The notes beneath the pieces were generated by a model. The model searched no databases. It had not been told where the DNA came from and was given only the letters and a program-made list of their open reading frames with translations. Position numbers and translations under genes: made by a program. Positions 58,016 to 64,000 of a DNA stretch of 64,000 nt are shown one piece after another; the first letter of the stretch is position 1, and every line of letters begins with the position of its first letter. The DNA comes from Chloroflexota bacterium (GTDB taxonomy: Bacteria > Chloroflexota > Dehalococcoidia > Lucifugimonadales > UBA3495), in contig JAQBVF010000001.1 in the NCBI GenBank assembly GCA_027623675.1, positions 96,001-160,000 of the forward strand. Reading direction: 5' to 3'.

Positions 58016-59881
58016 ATGCCTCTACCGCTGGTAGAACAGCGTTTAAGGGCCACCCCGGAAAGTCCTGGCGTCTATTTGATGAAGGACCCTCGGGGGACAG
58101 TGCTCTACGTTGGGAAGGCCAGTGTTCTCCGCAACCGCCTCCGGCAGTACTTCGGTTCCCCAACCAACCTGCCCAACAAGATCCGGCGCATGCTGGGGCA
58201 TCTCCACGACTTCGAATACATCGTCACCGACTCGGAAGCCGAAGCGCTGATCCTAGAGAACACCCTGATCAAGCGGTACAAACCCCGCTACAACGCCCGG
58301 CTGAAAGACGACAAGACCTACCCCTACCTCAAGATCGACCTGAGCGAAGACTTCCCCCGGGTCTACATCACCCGGAGGGTGGCGAAAGACGGCGCCAGGT
58401 ATTTCGGCCCCTTCGCCACCTCCAACACCGTTCGCAAGACCATGGACCTGGTCAAACGCCTGTTCCCCTACCGGTCGTGCACCAAGAACATCACCGGCAA
58501 AGACGCCCGGCCCTGCCTGGAATACTACATCAACCGCTGCGTCGCCCCCTGCACCGGCTACGCCAGCAAGGACGACTACGCCAAGGTCATCGGCCAGGTT
58601 GTCATGTTCATGGATGGCGACACCGGCGCCGTGACCCGGGACCTGAAAGTCAACATGGACCGGGCATCGGAGGACCTGGAGTTCGAGCGGGCCGCGGTGC
58701 TCAGGGACCGGATCAAGGCCGTGGAGAAGGTGGCCGAAGAACAACGGATCAAGGTCGATGCCAACCCGGTCAGCGACATGGACGTCATCGCCCTAGCCCA
58801 GGGAAGCAACGAGTCCTGGGTTGAGGTATTCTTCATCCGCAAGGGGAAGCTGGTGGGCAGGGACCACTTCTTCATGGAGGGCACCGAGGACGACACCGAA
58901 GCCCTGGTGGTGGGCCAGTTCATCAAGCAGTTCTACCAAACTGCCGCCCTGGTGGTGCCGCCGAGGGTGGTGTTGCAACACGAGCCCGAAGACGCTGAGA
59001 CCATCACCCAGTTGCTGCGGCAGATCCGCGGCGGCGCGGTCCGGCTGGTCTGCCCCAAGCGCGGCGTTCACCGGGAACTGGTCGAGACGGTGGCCGAAAA
59101 CGCCCGCCAGGGCTTGATGCAACACCGCATCACCTGGATGGGCAACAACGACATCATCCAGCAGGCCATCTCCGACCTGGAAGAGGAACTTAGCCTGCCG
59201 CTGCCGCTCCGCCGCATGGAATGCTACGACATATCCCACATCCAGGGCAGCAATACCGTGGCCAGCATGGTGGTCTTCGAGGACGGCAAACCCAAACCCG
59301 CTCACTACCGCCGTTTCAAGATCAAGACGGTGGACGGAGTGGACGACTTTGAGAGCATGCGCGAGGTCCTGCGCCGGCGTTTCAAGCGTTTGGCCGCCGC
59401 ACGGGCCGCCGAGGCGCGGGGCGAAGGCGAAGGGGCCGGTATCGACAGCTTTGGCGTCATTCCCGACCTGGTGTTGATCGACGGCGGCAAGGGCCAGCTC
59501 TCGGCCGCCTTGGAAGTGTTCTTGGAGCTTGGCTTGGACGACGTTCCCCTGGCCTCCCTGGCCAAAGAGAACGAGGAGTTGTTCGTCCCGCACACGCCGG
59601 AGCCCATCATCCTGCCGCGGGACTCCCAGGCCCTCTACCTGGTGCAGCGCATCCGCGACGAAGCCCACCGGTTCGCCATCACCTACCACCGGAATCTGCG
59701 CAGCAAGAGCAGCTTGAAATCTCCCATCGACAACGTCTCCGGCATCGGGCCCAAACGCAAGCGAATGCTCATGCGCCGCTTCGGTACCCTAAAGGGTATC
59801 AAGGAGGCGGCGGTGGACGACCTGGCATCGGTACCCGGCATGACCCGATCCTTGGCGATCAGGCTGAAGCAGACCATTTAG
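58016..59881 (+). CDS. uvrC: Excinuclease ABC subunit C
   Basis: GIY-YIG (PGVY..YVGKA), Cys cluster, UVR domain, ECYDISH, IDGGKGQ, RDEAHRFA, HhH. Confidence 0.97.
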   Translation: MPLPLVEQRLRATPESPGVYLMKDPRGTVLYVGKASVLRNRLRQYFGSPTNLPNKIRRMLGHLHDFEYIVTDSEAEALILENTLIKRYKPRYNARLKDDKTYPYLKIDLSEDFPRVYITRRVAKDGARYFGPFATSNTVRKTMDLVKRLFPYRSCTKNITGKDARPCLEYYINRCVAPCTGYASKDDYAKVIGQVVMFMDGDTGAVTRDLKVNMDRASEDLEFERAAVLRDRIKAVEKVAEEQRIKVDANPVSDMDVIALAQGSNESWVEVFFIRKGKLVGRDHFFMEGTEDDTEALVVGQFIKQFYQTAALVVPPRVVLQHEPEDAETITQLLRQIRGGAVRLVCPKRGVHRELVETVAENARQGLMQHRITWMGNNDIIQQAISDLEEELSLPLPLRRMECYDISHIQGSNTVASMVVFEDGKPKPAHYRRFKIKTVDGVDDFESMREVLRRRFKRLAAARAAEARGEGEGAGIDSFGVIPDLVLIDGGKGQLSAALEVFLELGLDDVPLASLAKENEELFVPHTPEPIILPRDSQALYLVQRIRDEAHRFAITYHRNLRSKSSLKSPIDNVSGIGPKRKRMLMRRFGTLKGIKEAAVDDLASVPGMTRSLAIRLKQTI

Positions 59882-59948
59882 CCTCCGCTCCTGTACGCCT
59901 GGCCCACGCCTGGCGCAACCCCGGTTTACACTTATACCCAATATTTGA

Positions 59949-59977
59949 TTGCCATTAAGCAAACCGTGTTGTACGAT
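59949..59977 (+). promoter_or_regulatory. Sigma70 promoter
   Basis: TTGCCA-N17-TACGAT upstream of 60116. Confidence 0.5.
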
Positions 59978-60115
59978 GTACTTCCGTGCCCATCAATGGG
60001 TATCCCAGGCAGGTTCGCCGAGCTAGATTCCTGACTGATTTCCGGCTATTTTCCGACTGAATTCCAACCGGTTTCCGGCTCTGGTTTTCTTGGTTCCCCT
60101 GGTTTTAATGTAACT

Positions 60116-60850
60116 ATGGTCAAAGTTTCAATATCCCTGCCCAACAACACTCAGATCACCTTTGAGTCTGAGGAGTCCGAGGTGTTGCATGAGGTGGTGG
60201 GAATGGTGCTGCGTGACCTGCCTAGGGATCTGATGCGGTCGCAAGACCCCAGTGCACCGGTGGAAAAAAGTACCGGAGTTGCAACTACAACGGCCTCCGC
60301 CGTGCTATCGCCCGTGGCCCCAACCATAACCCCGGAACCTGCCGTGGTCTCTGAACCTATCATCGACTCGGAACCCGTGACGGTGGCCGAGACCGCGCCG
60401 CCGCCCGCTACACCGGCACCAGTGGCTCCCGTTGCTGCGCAAGTCTCACAGGAATCGGCTCCGCCGCCATCTGCGCCACCGCGGTCCGCTTCATTGGACC
60501 GGACAACCACGGACCCGGTGGCCGCCACAGCCGAGATGTCTCCGGAACTCCTTTCTGAGGAAGGCCGGGCCAATTTCGTGGCGTTCTGTCGGCAGACCAA
60601 CCCCCTGGGCGACATGCGCCGGGTGGTGGTGGCCGCCGAGGGCGCCAGCCGGCATTTCGGCCTGGACGGTGTGAATGCCGACGACCTGGCCGATCTCTTT
60701 GACATGGCCGGGTGGCGGCGTCCGGGCAACTTCACCCAGACTCTGCGCAACGCCGCCCGCTCCAAGTTCGGCTGGCTGGAACGCATCCCGGGCCGTTCGG
60801 GCCGCTACGCCGCCACCCCCCTGGGTCTCTCCAAAACCGTCGATAGCTAG
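60116..60850 (+). CDS. Hypothetical protein: small N-domain, Pro/Ala/Thr linker, probable C-terminal winged helix
   Basis: Clear three-part composition; PGNFTQTLRNAA..GWLE...GRY..T.LG pattern. Confidence 0.7.
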   Translation: MVKVSISLPNNTQITFESEESEVLHEVVGMVLRDLPRDLMRSQDPSAPVEKSTGVATTTASAVLSPVAPTITPEPAVVSEPIIDSEPVTVAETAPPPATPAPVAPVAAQVSQESAPPPSAPPRSASLDRTTTDPVAATAEMSPELLSEEGRANFVAFCRQTNPLGDMRRVVVAAEGASRHFGLDGVNADDLADLFDMAGWRRPGNFTQTLRNAARSKFGWLERIPGRSGRYAATPLGLSKTVDS

Positions 60851-61038
60851 GCGGGCGGCGCTGCCCCGGTTAGTTATAGTTTCCACGGCTTTATATTTCC
60901 ATCTGGGTTCCTTTCATCAATCGGTAACGCTCTGGCGTACACGCTTGGCCTAGGAATTCGTATAATGGCTGCTGGGCCGGCGTCTGCCGCGCCCCAGACC
61001 GGCGAGCGATCCCCTGATAGGAGAACGGCAGAGACTGG

Positions 61039-61782
61039 ATGGAGATATTAACAACTGCGCCCAAGCGGGCCATGGCGGTTACGCCCCACCCCGATGACTG
61101 CGAAGGCGGGTGCGGCGCCTCGCTGTCCAAATGGGTCCACGAATCTGGGACCGTCGGGGCAGTGGCCATGTGCACCAACGGCAACAAGGGAACCGGCGAC
61201 CGGGACATGACCTCGGAGCGCCTGGCCGCCACCCGGGTGGTGGAGCAGCGGGCCGCCTCCGATATTGTCGGCATCTCGGACGTGGTTTTCCTGGCCCATC
61301 CCGACGGCGGGTTGGAGGACACCGAGCTATTCCGCAGTCAGGTGACCCGCGAGATTCGGCGGTTCAAGCCCGATGTGATTCTCTGCATCGACCCGTACCG
61401 CAGCAAGACCCATACCCACCGCGACCACCGTATGAGCGGTCGAGTGGCTTTGGACGCGGCATTCACCTACGCCTGGAGCTACCAGCACTTCCCGGAGCAG
61501 ATCACCGAAGAAGGACTGGAACCCCACCGCGTGGAGCAGGCCCTTATGTGGGGCAGCGAGGACCCCGACGTTTTCGTGGACATCCAGCCCTACCTCGACG
61601 TGAAGGTCGACTCCCTGGGCGCCCACGCCAGCCAGATGTCATCGTCGAGAGAGGAACGCCTGGAGCGGATCAAGAACAACTCGGGCCGCCACAAAGAGCT
61701 TACCGGCCTGGATTACGTTGAGGGATTCCGCCGGATCACCTTCAACCTGGGCTCGCTGGACTGGCAGTTGCTCCACCGGTAG
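61039..61782 (+). CDS. PIG-L/LmbE-family deacetylase
   Basis: PHPDD, TNGNKG, HRDH, AHASQ. Confidence 0.9.
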   Translation: MEILTTAPKRAMAVTPHPDDCEGGCGASLSKWVHESGTVGAVAMCTNGNKGTGDRDMTSERLAATRVVEQRAASDIVGISDVVFLAHPDGGLEDTELFRSQVTREIRRFKPDVILCIDPYRSKTHTHRDHRMSGRVALDAAFTYAWSYQHFPEQITEEGLEPHRVEQALMWGSEDPDVFVDIQPYLDVKVDSLGAHASQMSSSREERLERIKNNSGRHKELTGLDYVEGFRRITFNLGSLDWQLLHR

Positions 61783-61866
61783 CCCCGGCCCGCGCCTGTA
61801 CCAGGGACCACCTTAAAACTCCAGCGCCTCAACACTCCTGACCTAAAACCAAGAACGGAGAACACG

Positions 61867-62190
61867 ATGCCTGTATTTGAACTCCGCACCTACACCCTCT
61901 ACGTCGGCAAGATGGGCGAGGCCATAAAGCACTACTCGGAGTCGGGCTGGCCGGCGCTCCAGAACGGCGGATTCGACAAGAAACTTGTCGGTTACTTCAC
62001 CAGCGATGTTGGGACCATCAACCAACTGGTCCACCTGTGGAAGTTCGACAGCGACGAAGACCGGCGCAACCACTGGTCCACGCTCTTTGCCGACGAGCCG
62101 TTCATGGCCTTCGCCGCCAAACTCCGACCGTTGGTCATGCAACAAGAGGTCAAGCTGCTGCTGGAAGCTCCCTGGGGTCCGCACCCTTAG
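61867..62190 (+). CDS. NIPSNAP-family protein
   Basis: FELRTY, G.INQLVHLW, final LL..P; GGAG RBS. Confidence 0.88.
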   Translation: MPVFELRTYTLYVGKMGEAIKHYSESGWPALQNGGFDKKLVGYFTSDVGTINQLVHLWKFDSDEDRRNHWSTLFADEPFMAFAAKLRPLVMQQEVKLLLEAPWGPHP

Positions 62191-62239
62191 CGTCTCGGTT
62201 CCCTGATTCGACTCCCAAACGCCTTCCACATGGTCCGCA

Positions 62240-63058
62240 ATGAATACAGACCGAACGGAACAGCCGGCAGCCCTATACTCCGTTGAGTACGGCCAAGACG
62301 GACCGCCGATCGTGTTGCTGCACGGCCTTGGTGGCGCCAGCAGCGCCTGGGAAGCGGTGGCGCGGTCGCTGTCGCCGCGAAAGGTCATCGTGCCTGACCT
62401 GCTGGGATTCGGGAGGTCTCCCCGGAGCAACTCAGCCTATAGCATCGAAGAGCATCTGGACGCTTTGTTGCGGTTGGTTAGGAACAAAGGGCTGCAGAAC
62501 GAGCGGTTCGACTTGGCCGGTCATTCGATGGGGGCCATCCTCGCGGCAGCGTTCGCCAGCCGACACCAAGACTTGGTTCGAGGCCTGGCGTTGGCCGGAC
62601 TGCCGATCTACCGGTCGAGAGAACAGGCGCTGGAAAGAAGCAAAGAGCTGGGTATACTGGCCCGCTGGATCCTGGGGGAAAGCCCCATGGCAAAAATCAT
62701 GTGTCAGCTCATGTGCCTCTTACGCCCAGGGCTGATCATGGCTGCCCCCTATTTCCTTCCCGGTCTCCCGCCAAACGTCGCCCGAGACGCCTTCCGGCAC
62801 GACACCGCCTCATTCTTCGGCAGCCTGCAGAACGTGGTCCTAGGCGATCGATTGGACGGCATACTCGATTCCCTGTCCCAGCGCCCGGTCCTGGTCATCC
62901 ACGGTGAATCGGACAAGATCGCCCCGTTCGAGTTGGTCCAACGCCTGCCCAAGAAATATCCTGGCTGGCGGTACGAGTTTGTGGCAAACGGCGGCCACCT
63001 CATGCCGATCAAGCAGCCAGAGTTAGTCGCCCAACTGCTGAGGGACATCCCCGGTTGA
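62240..63058 (+). CDS. Alpha/beta-fold hydrolase
   Basis: LLHG, DLLGFGRS, GHSMG, HGESD, GH. Confidence 0.88.
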   Translation: MNTDRTEQPAALYSVEYGQDGPPIVLLHGLGGASSAWEAVARSLSPRKVIVPDLLGFGRSPRSNSAYSIEEHLDALLRLVRNKGLQNERFDLAGHSMGAILAAAFASRHQDLVRGLALAGLPIYRSREQALERSKELGILARWILGESPMAKIMCQLMCLLRPGLIMAAPYFLPGLPPNVARDAFRHDTASFFGSLQNVVLGDRLDGILDSLSQRPVLVIHGESDKIAPFELVQRLPKKYPGWRYEFVANGGHLMPIKQPELVAQLLRDIPG

Positions 63059-63060
63059 TA

Positions 63061-63816
63061 TTAGATCCCAGACCGAGATGCCGCCTCGCCCCTTAAGAAC
63101 GACATCCCTTGGGAGCGCATCATTGACGTGGTGTTGCTCCGGGCGATGGCCCGCAGGAAGTTGGCAACGATGCCCGTGTTCTTGCGGGTCTCTTTGCGGG
63201 GCGCGGGGAGGGAGACCGCCGATGTCTCGTCCAGCAGGCCCCATTGGGGCGGCAGGCTGCCCCGGGTGACCACGCCTTTGGGGGAGATCAGGTAATGGAA
63301 GTCGGCGATGCCCATGAATCTGGGGTCGTGGAACTTGGTGCTGAAGGACGAGACCCGGTTGCGGTAGGCGTCCTCTTTGCCGGCAACCCGGCGGTAGTCG
63401 GCCAGGGCCTGCCTGAACGCCGGAACCTCTCGCCAGGCATCAGGGGACTGCAGCTTGGCGTATTCCAAGGCCTGGCTCAGGGTCTCCTTGGCCAGGTCGG
63501 TGCGGCCCGTGACCACGCCCTCCCGGCCTCGCAGCGCCGATAGGTCGCCGGCGGTGTGGTCGTCGCGGGAGAAATCGGACCGGCTGGACTTGACCTCGAC
63601 GATGTAAAACGTGTTCTGTGGCCCCACGGCGGCCAGGTCCACGATGCGCCCGCCCGGCCCTTCCAGCTTGACCTCCAGCCCGATCACCCGGCAGCCCGCC
63701 TCGCGGTACAACCACTCCCATGCCGCCATCTTCAGGTCATAGGTCAGCCGGGTCTCGTTACCCCTCTTGAAGGGGGCAGAAACCGTAACCGGTCCGTCTT
63801 CCGCGCGTCCCGTCAT
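63061..63816 (-). CDS. MmcB-like PD-(D/E)XK nuclease with a helical insertion
   Basis: EV....GRIVDLAAV....IVEVKSSRSDF..D, later ADFHYL..P...LP..WGL. Confidence 0.7.
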   Translation of the reverse strand: MTGRAEDGPVTVSAPFKRGNETRLTYDLKMAAWEWLYREAGCRVIGLEVKLEGPGGRIVDLAAVGPQNTFYIVEVKSSRSDFSRDDHTAGDLSALRGREGVVTGRTDLAKETLSQALEYAKLQSPDAWREVPAFRQALADYRRVAGKEDAYRNRVSSFSTKFHDPRFMGIADFHYLISPKGVVTRGSLPPQWGLLDETSAVSLPAPRKETRKNTGIVANFLRAIARSNTTSMMRSQGMSFLRGEAASRSGI

Positions 63817-63928
63817 CCGTCAAATCTACTCGCATATCAAGGCGCTAGGCCGTAACGATGATGAGACTCCTGCCGTCGATTTTCAACGGGCTGCTGTCGT
63901 TAACGGCGCGCCATACCGGCGAACCGAT

Positions 63929-64000
63929 CTAGCCCAGCTCGTGCAGGCGGCGGACCATCTTCCGCATCTGGGCTTCTTCGGGCGGGTCCTGGCTGTAGAC
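63929..64000 (-). CDS. 3' end of a gene entering from the right edge; function unknown
   Basis: VYSQDPPEEAQMRKMVRRLHELG-stop with GC-rich third positions typical of this genome. Confidence 0.55.
   Translation of the reverse strand, partial: VYSQDPPEEAQMRKMVRRLHELG

Noticed and set aside
57380..58016. LexA (GAAC-N4-GTTC) box upstream of uvrC
   Set aside because: No convincing match found by eye.

Overview
A gene-dense, GC-rich bacterial chromosomal segment. By inference from gene content it is Chloroflexota, Dehalococcoidia/SAR202-like: a T-box, glnS beside gltX, LLM/SDR/GMC/TRAP catabolic genes, and a Dehalococcoidia-style N-terminal domain at the left edge. Most of it is core genome: tilS, tsaD, mtaB, queG, rluD-like, glnS, gltX, lspA, ilvB with an Ile T-box, fumC, ltaE, folP-folK, a groEL paralog, a dUTPase-like gene, rarA, xerD and uvrC. 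Orphan oxidoreductases and transporters are interspersed. I found no rRNA, tRNA, CRISPR array, prophage or transposase. The most unusual signal is a set of intact, full-length enzyme homologs with altered catalytic or metal ligands: a 762-aa PEP carboxykinase-like protein, a fused AccD-AccA with both Gly-Gly motifs changed, an ApbC/Mrp lacking CxxC, and an Fe-ADH lacking metal ligands. Other items of note are an IscR/Rrf2-like operator on the sufT-apbC promoter, a candidate ~105-nt sRNA/attenuator, an LspA with a Zn-ribbon tail, a two-domain arrestin-fold protein, a REP-like palindrome, a dienelactone hydrolase pseudogene, and recurrent 11-19 bp tandem duplications. All family calls come from motif recognition by eye; no database searches were run.
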